A model generated the notes under the pieces. It did not search any database. It worked only from the letters and a program-made list of their open reading frames with translations, and had not been told where the DNA came from. A stretch of 61,874 bases of DNA, counting the filler, from Hausera hauseri (lineage: Eukaryota): the NCBI GenBank assembly GCA_046269625.1. It is 12 parts of 12 records of this genome, joined end to end, with 100 filler letters (N's around TTAATTAATTAA, not from the genome) between each part and the next. Parts side by side here need not be neighbours in the genome. Positions count along the whole stretch, not along the records: positions 35,855 to 43,628 come from JBJURY010904534.1; positions 43,729 to 48,094 come from JBJURY010614887.1; positions 48,195 to 52,438 come from JBJURY010679551.1; 9 more parts are not named here. One strand, 5' to 3'. Both the position numbers and the translations under genes were made by a program. Position 1 is the first letter of the stretch. Each line of letters starts with the position of its first letter. Positions 39,401 to 52,438 of this stretch are shown one piece after another.

Positions 39401-42400
39401 GGCGTGCGAACATTGCCAAATGATGAATAGAGATGTTTACCATCATACTCTACGTCGATCCAATAATCGTCAATATTTAGAAACAGAGTATCTTCATAAA
39501 ATATTACCGGATACCAAAATCCACCGATTTTCAGCCGATTTTCGTTGGCATATTTAGAAAATTCGATTTGGACACCATTGACCATAACGTACTGAACTCG
39601 ATTTTTCTGAACAATTTTAAATGGGAAATTGTAGTGCTTCATGGCGTATGATTTTATGATAGACTGCGACAATTTCATTGAACGTTTCTTCATTGGAGAA
39701 ATACGCGGCAACCGTTGACGATATCGACGTCTTCGACGTACGTACACACCGGATGATGGAACGACACGGAATGAATCTTCAACAAAGCCTATAAGATATT
39801 TCAAAACAGGTTTCCCTCTGACAATTCGTTTCACAACTTTTCGAACCGGTATGATCTTTCGCTTAACTTTCAGATGAATTTTGTTCCTTCTNNNNNNNNN
39901 NNNNNNNNNNNNNNNNNNNNNNNNNNNNNNNNNNNNNNNNNNNNNNNNNNNNNNNNNNNNNNNNNNNNNNNNNNNNNNNNNNNNNNNNNNNCTTGAACGG
40001 AAGTTTCTGGGGATGCTTGGAATTTTTCTTGATGACATATTTTGGTAGTGTTCTTCGATGAGGAAGTGAAAGATTTTGAAGTTTCTTTTTTACAATCCGT
40101 CTGAGTGGAGTGCGAAGGGGTCTCATTCCTATGCGCCGTTTACCTGGTCGACGTGGTTTGTTTTGTATTTTTCTGTGTGTTATTTTTCTGCATCTTGCAA
40201 ATTTTTGTCTTTTGTATATTTCTGCTCCTTTCATTATGTCGTGTATTGTTAAGTATAATTTTCCTTTTTGTGTTTTGACGTATCTTTTGTTTCCTTTTCT
40301 CCGTATGTGTATCCATCTGTTGTGTAGAAAGTAGTATACCTTATTATTTCTGATGGATATTGGTATCTTTTTTTTAGTGTGCCATTCGCATATTATACCC
40401 CTGTCGAATGTTATTTGAATATACCCGTCGACTGTTTTTATACGTATTCGTTTTCCTTTACTTTCTGTGGTATCTATCCATGTTCCTGTTACTTTAACCT
40501 GTAATTTGTTTTGCCTGATTCGGATTCGTATCCAACTTCCGTCGTACCTCTGTACAAGTTGTCCATCAAGGTATTTCACATGTCGCTCTTTTCCCTTGAA
40601 TAGAATTGCTCCACTGGGTTTCATATGTCGATATTCATATTCCACGAATACTAATAACAATCCAGCGTCATTTAATTTTGCTGGTACGAATGTGTCGCCC
40701 ATCTTTATGGCAATTTTGTTATTCTTCAATCGTATACCCATCCATTTCTTGCCATGCTTTATATATAAATTGTGGTTCTTTACTCGGAATTTATATTTGG
40801 TCTGATTTATTACAATTTTCGGTACTGAAGAGTGCAGAATTATTTTGTAGTATTTCCCATTGACTTTAACCATTTTGATAGTCCCCTGCTTTCTGAAATA
40901 AAACCATCGATTTCCCAGTTTTATTTTCACCTTATTCTCTGGAGCTATCCTTTTCAATTCGTAGAATCCCCCACCGAATTTTGTTAACATTTTCCCGTTC
41001 CTGTATGTCACCCGTCTCCATGTGTTATTTCGTTTTGAATACAATTTACCATCTCTGAATCTAATCCGCAATATTCGTCCATTTCGAACAACATACGTTT
41101 TACCGTTTTCCTTCTTGATTTCAATCCAGTTTCTTCCGATTTTGTTCAACACTTTTTTCCCGTATACTTCCGTTTCCACCCATCCAAATCCCTTGATTTT
41201 GTGGAAGAGTTTTCCCTTTTCAACTTTTAATCTCAGCCAATTCTTTCTCAGAAGATAGTACTTTTTCCCACGACTGCGTTTCATTTCCAACCAGTGACCA
41301 CAGATCATTTCCTTCGTCTTTCCATTTGCCCGTTTATGAAAATTCTTATAATACTCATAGTGCCCAGGTTTCACGAATTTTTGTTTTAAATTCCTCCATT
41401 TTCCTGCCAACTTATCTTCATAAAATATTCGATTGTCCTTACCCAATTTAATTTGATGCAATTTGTCCTTCATTCGAACGTGTAACGTCGTATTTCGAAT
41501 CGTAAGTCGTAACCAAATTAATCCAACTAGGACAAATAACTCATCATCTTTCCATTCAATTCTGAACCATTTCTTGGCCACTTTGATGAAGATCTTACAA
41601 CCGACAAATCTCACTCGATGGGAATTTTTACCCAGTGCTAGGAACGTTTTGTGATTGGAAAATTTGATCGAATGCCAGACTTGATCAATTTTTATAGATG
41701 GTCTGTGCTGTTCGAATTTCATTTCAAACCATCGACTGCCAAGTTTTACGTACGTCAATCCGTTGAGTGTCGTGAGTTTTTTATAACGTCCACCCAATGT
41801 AACAAGGGTGTTGTGTTTACCAAATCTCACTCGATGGAATTTATGGTTAAATTTCGAGTAAATGTCATTGTTGTATACGGTGAATTCGACCCACTTATTA
41901 TTCTTGTTCCTGTACAAATATTTCCCACTCCTAATTCGCAATTGTAGCCAGCGCTGGCCGAATTTTACATATTCACGCTTATTTTTAATCGTAAACGGAA
42001 CCCAAATATTTCGTATTTTACAGAACATTGTTTTACGGAATACCACCATTCTTAACCATTTGTTACCCACCTTCAAATATTGATGCTTGTACTTCAGTCT
42101 TACCTCAATCCATTTCCTGCCAATTTCGTAGAACAACCGACCCCCATTGAATTTTACATTAATCCACAAACCTCCGATTCTGTAGTAGAGTTTACCGTGA
42201 GTCATTTTAATCCTTACCAATGTTTCCATCTGCGGATTGACCGGGGAGTCATTCTCACCACTTCCGGAACACTGGTGACTATCGTCATGAGGAACAAACA
42301 TAGGTGGTCCAAATGAACCTACCACCTTATAGTCTCTTTTGTGGACCGTCCACCAACTATAAAACTCGTTAAAATAAAAACAGTTTTTCGGAATGTATTG

Positions 42401-42864
42401 TGGCCACATGCTTTTGCATTTTGAATTATAAAAACAAACCACAGCGTCCCTACAATGACCTTGTTGTTTCACACGGTAGATGACCTTCATGTGTCTCGAT
42501 ATCTTGTTACATTTTATCTTACAATGAACTCGACATTGACGGACTCCGTAATTCTGTCGACACCGCTTTTTGCACACTCGGAATTTCTCACAGTTTTGTT
42601 TCTCTTTCGACTTGATTATTTTCGATGGACACTGGCCAGCTGAAATGGTTTGGATTTGATTAATACACTATGGAAAATAAATACAGTAAAATTACTTTTT
42701 ACATAATACCCATGGTACCAATAATTCCAGTCATCCATTTCTTTGAGATTTCCTTTCGGACAGTTTATAAATTCATTGTGGTCACTCTTCGTAACATAAA
42801 CATTTGTCCAAATAGTTTTTATTGAAAGGGAAACCAACAATGAAACAATCACAATTGGTTTCAT
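36436..42864 (-). CDS. Giant (~2,100 aa) probably secreted K/R- and aromatic-rich repeat protein; exon 1 42864-42710, 70-nt intron 42709-42640, exon 2 42639-36436 across a gap
   Basis: Signal-like MKPIVIVSLLVSLSIKTIWT; GT..AG intron restores frame; Cys-rich N-terminus; stop-free ORFs on both sides of the N gap; ~18-aa repeat; AATAAA ~75 nt after the stop. Confidence 0.8.
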
Positions 42865-43728
42865 TAATCGGCATAAAATGCGCTCACCATATCGTATGAA
42901 CCATTTATACAAAATGCTATTTTGCTACAGAATGTTATTACTCCTTCTGTTGAGATTAATTGTCTTTTAATATTGCCCCAGTGCCACACACTGTTAAATG
43001 ATATTTGAGACACTTTGTATTAGCTCTACCTATTCATTAAACATTCTTTTATTTTTACTTGTTTGACTTACTTTACTAATTACTACTGATATTTTACATG
43101 TAAGAAATTTTCATTTATCTTGACATTTTTCATATGACAAGTGAGACAATATGTCTTATGGAAGAGTCATCTTTCCAAAATGTTGTCAAAATTCAATCCA
43201 TTGCTAAATCAGTAATATTTATCCAACTTATATTCCTACATTTTGAATTACAAGGAAACATTTTTTACTGCCACAAAGTAAGGTACACAAGGACGTGGTT
43301 AATAATATGAAAATACCTTTTGGACATTTTAAATGCGGCCTCATTTCGCACTTGTACGAGTCATCCATAATACGTTTATCAATTTTGCACTTTGAAGATT
43401 ACGACTATAACAGTATCTCCAAAACAGTAACGAAAATGTTGTAAAAGTTCGAACTTCCTAAACGTAGTGGGAGAAATTTGAACAAGTTTCGTGATTTTAT
43501 CTTCACTCAAAAACGCTTTTCACATATTATTAATCATCATTATATTTTGTACATGTCTCTCTGATTATTTGTTATAAAAATGACCCATATTTACAGTAAA
43601 ATCCCTCATTTATGGTACTTGTACAATANNNNNNNNNNNNNNNNNNNNNNNNNNNNNNNNNNNNNNNNNNNNTTAATTAATTAANNNNNNNNNNNNNNNN
43701 NNNNNNNNNNNNNNNNNNNNNNNNNNNN

Positions 43729-46576
43729 ATTGCGGTTTGTCATCATCAGTCTGTAACTATTCGAAATATATTGCAGCATTTTGAATCCCCATGATTTTTC
43801 CAACGCAATATTCTGTATGTGCCTTTCTTATGGCTTCATCTTTGGTTTGCTCGCTGGCGATTATTACTATTATTCGGTTTTCTTCCAGCGGTATAATTCC
43901 TATGTCTATTAAGGATTCTAGCTCATTTAATATTTTGCCTCTGAAATAGAGTCGGTAATTAACTCCTTTCCTACCATCTTTATTTATTACTCGTTGTCTT
44001 ATATCCCCAACGGTGGTATAAATAGTGCATTCAATTTCCTCGTCGTTCATCCATTCGGATGATAGTTTCACTTTCATTCCCATTCTGGCTTATTTTTCAA
44101 CAATTTGGCGTATTCTCTTATTAGGAGCTTGGGTATAGCGCTGTATGCGGTGTTTTCACTGTATACCTTGGTCAAGGTTGTAATCAATTTCCTTAACTTA
44201 TCTTCACTTATGTTTATTTTCAATACACCGCTCAATTTTTTTCCAGCTAGTGCAGGATCACATAGCATTTCCACGTTAAATTTCGTCTTCTGGACACCAG
44301 GAGGTGACTCATAAATTTGTATTGGAGTTCTTTGACTTTGTTTGGTTAAACCTCGGAGATATACATCCCATTCGGCATCATTATCTGCGTCCGGTAACTC
44401 GGTTCATTAATGCTGCGTGTTCAACTTGCACTCTTTCGCGCAGTTCTCTTTTCTGTGGTTGCAGCGTTTTCATTATGGATATTCTAAATCCATCTCCGTT
44501 TCCGCAAGCTTGTTGTATTAACTTTATTAATTGACACATTTCTTCTGGTTGTATGAAGGCTTTCTCCTGATAATTAGTCACTTCTGCGATTCTATCTCTT
44601 TGCCATATTTGTATAAATTTTATTTTGTCGTTAATTTCAGATTCCGTAAGAGAATACTTGTTATTATAGACTTCTGCTTCTCTCAGTAATTCGTTTAGCT
44701 CTCGCTGTCTTTTCTCGAAGCGTAACCGGGTTTCTTTTATCAGACGTATTTGATCTGTTAGTCGTCTGGCTACTACTTCGTCAATTTTTGCCATTTTTGT
44801 TAATAGTAGAATTAATTTGTGTGTTTGATTTAATACTTCGGCGTCCGGATCTATTGCGTCCATTAGCCTGCCTATGAACTTAGCTTCGTCGCTCGTCAAC
44901 TGAAGATCCTTCCTAATTTCCGTTAGTTCGGTCTGGAAATGTAGGTCGAACCCTGGTGTCCATTCTACTGGATTTTGTAAATATTGTAGTGTTTACACTA
45001 GAGCATTTCGGTAATCGTTACATACTTCTAATGTTTTTATTTCCTGTGCTGAGATTTCTTTAACGGTTTCTGTATTAGGTTTTGTATTTTTCTCCAACGG
45101 ATGTTTGCTAAACTTCGCTGAAGATCACTTAGCTTGTTTCATTTCCTGTAGAATTCCTTTTCCCCTATCATATTATATACCTCTGTTAGTGTTGTTTGAT
45201 CTTGATCCTTGCTCATAAATTCAAGTTTTCAAAACGATTCGAATTTAATTTGCAGTTTTGCTTCCTCTTCCATCGTACCGATGTCTAGTAACATTTCCGC
45301 CAATTGGTGTCTCATTATAGGCTCAGTTATAGCAAATTCCCTTAGCCTTTCGTTTATTATTCCTGCTATGGAAGGTAGCAAGTCTATCCATTTCCTTATT
45401 TGTTTGGCTATTGTCGGTTTAATATAGATTATTTCGTCTAATGTCTCAAGAGCTTCTTTTAGTTCGTGATCTGGTCCTCGTATAAATTCTATGATATGTT
45501 TCATGTAGTTAAATTCTTCATTATACTCACTTAATTCGAAAAGACAAGCACGTATTATTCTCTGTGCTTCTGCTTTTTCAGGGTAAACTATACCGATTCT
45601 TAAGTCGTTGATTTTGGTTCGTATTTTGTTTTCTCTTTCAATGCGTATTTTCAAATCTGGGTATAGTCGAAGACTATCCTTTGTGAAGCTGCACACTCCT
45701 ATTAAAGGGGGGATATTTGCTGGGTTTATGCCCAATATCTCCAGGTCGGCTTTAGTCAGTTTATACACTGGCTTATTATGAAGGTAAGAAATTATCGCTT
45801 CTTCAATCTCATATATCAATCTCTCTAATTTGCGTCTTACGCGTTTCAGTTTTGGGTTGTCTTTTAGTGCGTTTAATATTCCTTGCGCTTGATTAACCTG
45901 ATCGAGAAACGGCTCGTTTCTATTCCACCATATTTTCGTAAAATCGATCCCACTCTTTTGTCCACCCTTCTGGTTTATTTTGCCAACTTCCTATTAAGTC
46001 TTGTGGCGTTTCTTGGAGTTCGTAAGGTGTGTTTTCTTCCTCTTTGTGAGGGCCAGGTTCAAGCTTTTTATATAGCTTCTCTATGAATTGTTGTTCTTTT
46101 CCGGAGATATCCAATTGTTTGCTCATTTGCTGGAGTTTTGATAGGCTCTCATGTAACCTTTCAGGATCGTTTAGTGCGTTTTTTATTTTGGTTAGTTCGT
46201 TTGTATTTTTCCAAGATTTTCTAATATTCCCAAACTTAACAGTTTTTCTCTCTTCTGATTCCTCTTCACTTGGTGGTAAACGACATACTTCATTAATTTT
46301 GTCAGTATTTGAGATATTTGATTTTTCCAGGAAGTCTTGAGCTATACGAGGAGTATTTAACTCCGTTTCATCATTTAAAGTGATGGTGAAGTCATCCTCC
46401 CGTTCTACATCCTTTTTAATAGGGAGTCGTGAACGAGTTCTCGACCTTCTCCTAAGTGAAGGGTTTCTACCCTTATTTTTGGTTATCTTGAGTATTAGTG
46501 GACCAATGAATTCGCTCTCAACCTCGTCTGTTGTTTTGTCCTTATCGTGAGACGTGACCTCGGTATCTGCATCCAA
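43729..46576 (-). pseudogene. Accessory region downstream of gag: RS-rich stretch, helical domains, ubiquitin-like domain (homologous to contig F 29161-31188)
   Basis: 'LTSDEAKFIGRLMDAIDPD', 'IQQACGNGDGFRI', 'YSAIPKLLIREYA', Ubl 'KVKLSSEW...YRLYFRGKILNELESLIDIGI' match contig F segments in the same order. Confidence 0.75.
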
Positions 46577-47965
46577 GTCTACACTTTGAAGATGTAGTCG
46601 GCTTTTCTTCCGCCGCTTGATTTAGGTTTTTCTTTCTGGCCATGTTATTATTCCTAGGAGCTATAGCCTTTTCGTACTCTGTTTTCGGTTCTCTTAATCC
46701 ATGATAAACTTCCATTTGCTGCAACTTTTCTTCATACTCCTTTCTGGCCTTGATTACTTGTGGATTATTAGACTCACCCATATTTCTTACATACCTTTGT
46801 AAATCCAGCATCTCGATAATCATGCTTATATCATTTCGTTTTCTATATATTCCTTCCAAATTATCATTTATCGTGCTAGCTTTACTGGTCTCTGAAAATG
46901 ATACACTTCGTGGATTAGGGAATGGCCTAACTATATGTCCTTTTTTACCGTATGAATAACAAATCAGATTCCCGTCTTGGCCGATCCTTTGTCGTTCGTC
47001 TTCATTTACTGGTGATTTGGGTCTGCCTGCTATTTTGTTTTGAGTCGGTTGAGCTTGCTTATCTATTCCGTTATTCCTATTTTCGTAACTTCGATTATCT
47101 ATATATCCGCTCTTATTGCTTCGGTCATTATTTTGGTTTCTATACGAAATATAGCCTCTTTTGTTATAAGGATTGTATATGTTCCGATTATCACTAAAGT
47201 TCCTATTGTCATATTTCATGATGCGATTAGAGGCATTTTGAGCTCTATTCTCATAGTCTCTGTCCTTATTATTATAGTTAAACCTTCTATTGTTTCGGTT
47301 CCTATCCCGAGTATCGCGATCATTATTTCTGTCATATCTATCATTCTGTCTAGCGTATCTATCTAATGCCATTTCTAAATTTTGAGCCAACTGTAATGCA
47401 GTCTCGAAGTTGTCTGGTCGAGCTAAAATTAGTTGCTTAACTAAATCTCTGGATCATATACCGTTTATTAATTGAGTTGTCATCATGACATCTAAGTCTG
47501 GTGGGCTAGCTTTTTCTGCTGCTTTGCGTTCCGCGTCTGTCTTTGCCTTCACCGCATTGGCTATCCTTAACGTACTCACGTAACTATTGGCAAGCTTCTT
47601 TAGTGCAAATGCAAATTGAGTAACCGACTCACCTTTTTGTTGCGTTTTATTCTGGAAGGCCATAAGCTTTTGTTGTGGCGTCACCGTCGGTAACAGTTTA
47701 CGATTCAAGGCTCCTACTACGGAGGACCATGATTTCTTCTCGTCATGGGTAAGTTCGCTATAGGCGTCTGCAGCCTGGTTTTTAAGTATAATGACAGTCG
47801 TTTAATCCTAACGTCGGGCGCAAGACTGGCACCTTCTGCGTTCAATTTATAAGTTCTTAAAAAGTCATTTAACCCGTCCGGGTCACCGTCATATGCCGGT
47901 AAGTTCAATGAATCGAACGTAAATATATCAAGCTTCTGTGCTATAGCTGGGTTATCTGCTGCCAT
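46542..47965 (-). pseudogene. gag: Ty3/Gypsy gag (decayed)
   Basis: 'LPAYDGDPDGLNDFL', MHR-like 'QQKGESVTQFAFALKKLA', 'RPDNFETALQLA', R/N-rich linker, degenerate knuckle 'CYSYGKKGHIVRPFP'. Confidence 0.85.
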
Positions 47966-48194
47966 CTTTATTTTATTCGTTTTGTCTACCTTATGAATTC
48001 TAGGAGGCGCTTTAAGTTCTCTCGCGAAAATTAGTTCAGTGTCGGATAAACCGTGTTTGTCTATTACTTTGTCCTCAATATAGAGTTTATTCCANNNNNN
48101 NNNNNNNNNNNNNNNNNNNNNNNNNNNNNNNNNNNNNNTTAATTAATTAANNNNNNNNNNNNNNNNNNNNNNNNNNNNNNNNNNNNNNNNNNNN

Positions 48195-48270
48195 AGGCCA
48201 CTGCTGGTATCGAACCCGAGACCTTGCCGTCCGCAGCCAAGCCCACTATCGACTTAGCTAGCGCGGCTCC
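48195..48270 (-). repeat. tRNA-derived SINE head or pseudo-tRNA
   Basis: Minus strand has A-box-like TAGCTAAGTCG and B-box GGTTCGATACC; acceptor stem imperfect. Confidence 0.55.
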
Positions 48271-48346
48271 ATGAGGAAAGAACACAAGGGAGAAACGGTG
48301 CAATATGTTGAGTTAATTTTAATCTATATATTTTTATTGTTTCCAG

Positions 48347-48463
48347 TGAAATGCGAAAACAAAGATCGAATGTGCGAGGAATGGGCTGCGGCAGGGGAGT
48401 GTGAAATCAATCCCATCTGGATGATTTCGAATTGCAGGCAGGCGTGCAAGAAATGTGACGATG
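48347..48463 (+). CDS. Exon encoding a ShKT (ShK toxin-like) domain
   Basis: AG/GT-bounded 117-nt phase 1-1 exon: KCENKDRMCEEWAAAGECEINPIWMISNCRQACKKCD, six-Cys ShKT pattern. Confidence 0.9.
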
Positions 48464-48794
48464 GTAGGTCTTTGGTCATTGTGATCTGTTCCTGATTGCA
48501 TGATATCCTGTGTACGTGTATCTCGAGTACATGTATACGAACATAAACACGTATTTGTATTGTCATTACTTAAAAACCGGCATCCTGGAATTCATGACAT
48601 CATATGCTTGCTCCGCCACCGTTTCAGCAGCCAATGAAGCTTATTACTCAAACTCATCGTTCCAGTCAGATGTTGATTAACAGATCATCTTGTTTTCATT
48701 CTTCAGCATTTGTCTGATAAAGATATTTTCTTTTTAGTTTTTTTTTCTTCGCCTTTTGCATTTTCTCGCTTACAGCCTTTACAAATTCTGCTTT

Positions 48795-49430
48795 CATCAT
48801 CATCATCAAATACCCTGTTTAGCTACGTTGGCGATCATGTCTGTCCATATCTTTCAATCTCTTGTGCCCACTGGCAAATCTGTTCATAATTGTGTTCATG
48901 CCGTGTTGTCAAATCATTCAATATTTTTCTGACCCTGACTTCCTCTGGTCCCCTTTCCTTCAATCTTTCCTTATGTTATTCAGTTTTCCAGTCTCCTCCT
49001 TGTCATTACAATTCCGAAAACTTTGTACTGCTAATTTCTTATATGAGAAACTCTTCTTCTTTTCTCTTTGGCTTCTATCAAACCAGATTCATTTGATGTT
49101 TTCATTGTTCTTTATGTTTTCATCATTCTTCACAGGAACCACATATTTTTTAACCCTAGATGTTCTTGTATTTGTTTATTTCTTGTTCATTATTTACGAC
49201 CATAAAACATTATTATTATTGTGTCCAATTAATTAAACATTTTACTTGCTTAAGCTTTGTTCCTTCTACTTTTGTTGTGCAGTTTATCAATTTTTTTTTA
49301 AATAAATGATCACTATTTATATTTTCTTTGGGTTAAGAATGAAACCTTTGTTGTCACTTCTATATCTTGTCATATTGGTATTTTTGACTACAACCTTTTA
49401 AGCTAACTTTCCAGCCTCCTCGTTATTTCA
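48795..49430 (-). mobile_element. RTE-clade LINE 3' fragment
   Basis: Minus strand 'GKIEGKGTRG...WTDMIANV..GI*' followed by a (TGA)n tail. Confidence 0.6.
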
Positions 49431-49924
49431 GTTATTACTATGACCGGGACAGTTGTTGTTGTTTGACCTCCTCATCACTGAGCGTCAGCTCTTCTGGATG
49501 AGCCCTGATAATGGCTGTCATCCTTTGAAGGACTCCTGAGTCTTTGAGTTGAGCATTCCTGCTGTCCAAGTGGTGTCTTGTAGGGTGGAACGAGGTCCAC
49601 CGGGTTTTAATGCAATGCGTGGCCTCATAGAAGTAATCTCAACTGAGGACCATGACGATCCTCTGAACGTCCTTTTTCCAGGAAGCACTACGAGAAAGTG
49701 TTGGGAGGTTTTGGTCAGTATGTATGTTATGGCCCTGATGAGACCATCACCGGGACAGTAAATATGAGTTATGCTGCTGAGTTTATCATCTTTCAGCAGC
49801 CTGAACGATTCATGTCGAAAATTCTTTTGTCAGGTTTTCGGAACAAGTTCTGAAATTAAGCAACCACAGTGAGGGCATGTGACGTAGACTGCCATATCAG
49901 TACACCGACCACTGTCTTTCATTC

Positions 49925-50300
49925 TCTTTCTTTCTGATTGTCTCTCTTTCTCTCTTGATTTCTGTTTGTTTTTCGCTCTACGACTGCCAGTCTTGATCAT
50001 TGAAGTGATGATGATTTGTCTCTCTTTCTCTCTTGCTTTCTGTTTGTTTTTCGCTCTACGACTGCCGGTCTTGATCACTGAAGTTATGATGGTTTCTCTC
50101 TCTTTCGCTTTAGGACTGGAGGTCTTGATCACTGAAGTTATGATAGTTTCTCTCTCTTTCGCTCTACGACTGTCGGTCTTGATCACTGAAGTGATGATGG
50201 TTTGTCTCTCTTTCTCTCTTGCTTTCTCTTTGTTTTTTGCTCTACGACTGCCGGTCTTGATCACTGAAGTGATGATGGATTTTCTCTCTTTCGTCTATGC
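49925..50300. repeat. Tandem repeat, units of ~57-75 bp
   Basis: Recurring CTCTACGACTGCCGGTCTTGATCACTGAAGTGATGATG + CT-rich block, about five copies. Confidence 0.85.
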
Positions 50301-50950
50301 TTACAATAGCTCCCATGCTCCCTACTTGCTGACAACGATATCGATTACAAGACTTGATTGACTGTGAGTATACAAGGCTCTAACAGCCGGTGTTGGGTGC
50401 TCCCATGCTCCCAAAAGCACTAATGGTAATGGACACCTTCCTACAGTTTCGTCCTACTAGCTTACAGATCCTATAGTTTCGGATGGTCTCGGCCATGGCA
50501 CATGATGATGGTCGACTACTAACTAGTGATGATGGACACTGATTTCAGAGGCTCACTAGTGATGATGGATACCTTCATACGGACGTGGAACCTGGTGGGG
50601 CTAGGTCCCACCAGGTCAGCTTCAAAATGTCTCACTAGTGGTGATGGACACCTACAGCTTTGGGAGGTCTTGGGCGCTTACAGCTCCCATGCTCCACCGT
50701 CTTCCTTCCGAAAAACTCCTCTGCTCCCATGCTCTCTCGTCTTCTTTGCGGCTCCACCAAGCTCCTCTGCTCCGCCAGCCTCCCTCAGCCCGATTCGGTA
50801 GTTCTTGGTCACTAATAATCCAACGCTATAGGCTTACAGCTCCCATGCTCCCTACCTGCTAACATCGATAATTATCGATTACAAGACTTGATTGACTGTG
50901 AATATACAAGGCTCGAACAGCCGGTCTTGGGTGCTCCCATGCTCCCAAAA
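50298..50950 (+). repeat. Dispersed ~120-bp direct repeat (50298-50418 and ~50832-50950) in a GCTCCCATGCTCC-rich region
   Basis: Both copies contain GCTCCCATGCTCCCTAC...ATCGATTACAAGACTTGATTGACTGTGA...GGGTGCTCCCATGCTCCCAAAAG. Confidence 0.8.
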
Positions 50951-51867
50951 GACGTTCACTAGTGGTGATGGACACTGGTTCCTACAGATTTGGACGCTAT
51001 ATACTCAAAGGCTCCCATGCTTACCCCGCTTTGGCGTCGTCACCAAAGGGTTTTTCTTCTTTGCCCTATAGAAATGTCGTATAACACCCCTGCCCCTTAT
51101 TTTCCCGACCACGCAACCCACCCGCATCACCCGGTGACCCGATGCCCACGAGCCCCTTCGCCGGGTGACCACCTTGCACCAGGCTGGCTTAGTCGTGCAC
51201 CAGGTTTTTCTTTCTTTGCGCTATAGATTGCAGAGCCTGCAGGGGTATACTTTTTATACAAGGCCCCTGCAGGCAAATAATACAGATTCCGTGCACATAA
51301 CACTAATGAGGATATCAGATAACAACAACAACAACAACAACGTAAACGTGATAGTTCGCTGAGTATCTAACGAGGGTTTCCTCATCTAAAGTTAATTACA
51401 TTTCATCTATTAATGTTAAAGCGACCCATGACAAATATGACAGTGGTAGAAAATGAAAAAAATATATACCAAGACGGACTACTGCTACTGTACTGGCGAT
51501 AAGCACGTGAATGAAATATTTTTTTTTTAATCATGGCAGAAAAATGAGCATTTCGCCTTTTTTACATTTATTTTTAAATTTTCTTTCTATGTAGAACAAC
51601 AGCGCCAGCTTCAGATTCTATACAAGTGCTCTACTACAAATGATAAAAACTTTTCGTTAGAGGCTAAAATATTACCTTTTATTCCGAAAATGTGTCACTT
51701 GAGTTCGAAATGGGAAAACAGCAGTAGCATGCACAGAGAACAAGCAAACTTTGCTCTTCCTAGATAAGCAATTTCTCATGTACCGGTATTTTCTATTTGG
51801 AAATTATTTTCAGCAACAGTACTATTGTATTGAGCCTCGTTTGCGCATTGAGCCTCTTTCTTTAAAT

Positions 51868-52438
51868 GACCTTTGTAAGGCCTTCGACAAAATTGACCAT
51901 GGACTACTACTTAGGAAACTGCAGGCATACAGCTTTCACCCAGACGTCAGCATGTTGATCCAGTCTTTCCTAGAGGGCAGGATGCAACGCGTTTTACAAG
52001 ATAACTCTATCCAGTCCTTACGCTTTTTCTACAGGAGTGCCACAATGATCTATACTAGGTTCTCTCCTATTTAATATCTTTGTTAATGATCTGCCCTTGA
52101 CCTTGCCTCAAGATGAATGCCTTATGTGTGCTGATGACGCAACTCTAACGGTCGCAGGAGAGAAAATTCAAGTCGTCGAGGCACATTTACAACAGCATTT
52201 GAACACTGTAAACAGTTGGCGTAAAATGAACAAAATGTCCATAAATGCTAATAAGACTAAATCTCTAATTATCTCCACTCGTCAGAAAATTTTAAGCTGT
52301 CAAACACAACAGCTGCAAATAACGTTGGAAAATTCAGCTATTGCTCAAGTTTCAGAACACACTTTACTAGGTGTAACTATAGATCAATCATTAAGTTGGA
52401 AACCTCATGTTAACTCACTAGCCAGGAAGCTATCACAA
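51868..52438 (+). mobile_element. CR1/L2-group LINE reverse transcriptase fragment
   Basis: 'DLCKAFDKIDHGLLLRKL...SFLEGRMQRV...GVPQ..ILG...FVNDLP...CADDATL...MSINANKTK...LLGVTIDQSLSWKPHV'. Confidence 0.9.

Noticed and set aside
36494-42643. Many short + strand ORFs opposite the giant repeat gene (likewise opposite contigs F, I, K)
   Set aside because: Antisense shadows of the real coding strand
48195-48270. Functional tRNA gene
   Set aside because: A and B boxes are present but acceptor and anticodon stems pair poorly; better explained as a SINE head
49830-50361. ORFs on both strands (ITSVIKTGSRRAK repeats); CTGA/GTGATGA motifs as C/D snoRNAs or a CRISPR-like array
   Set aside because: Simple tandem repeat with no unique spacers, no cas genes and no terminal stems or guide sequences seen
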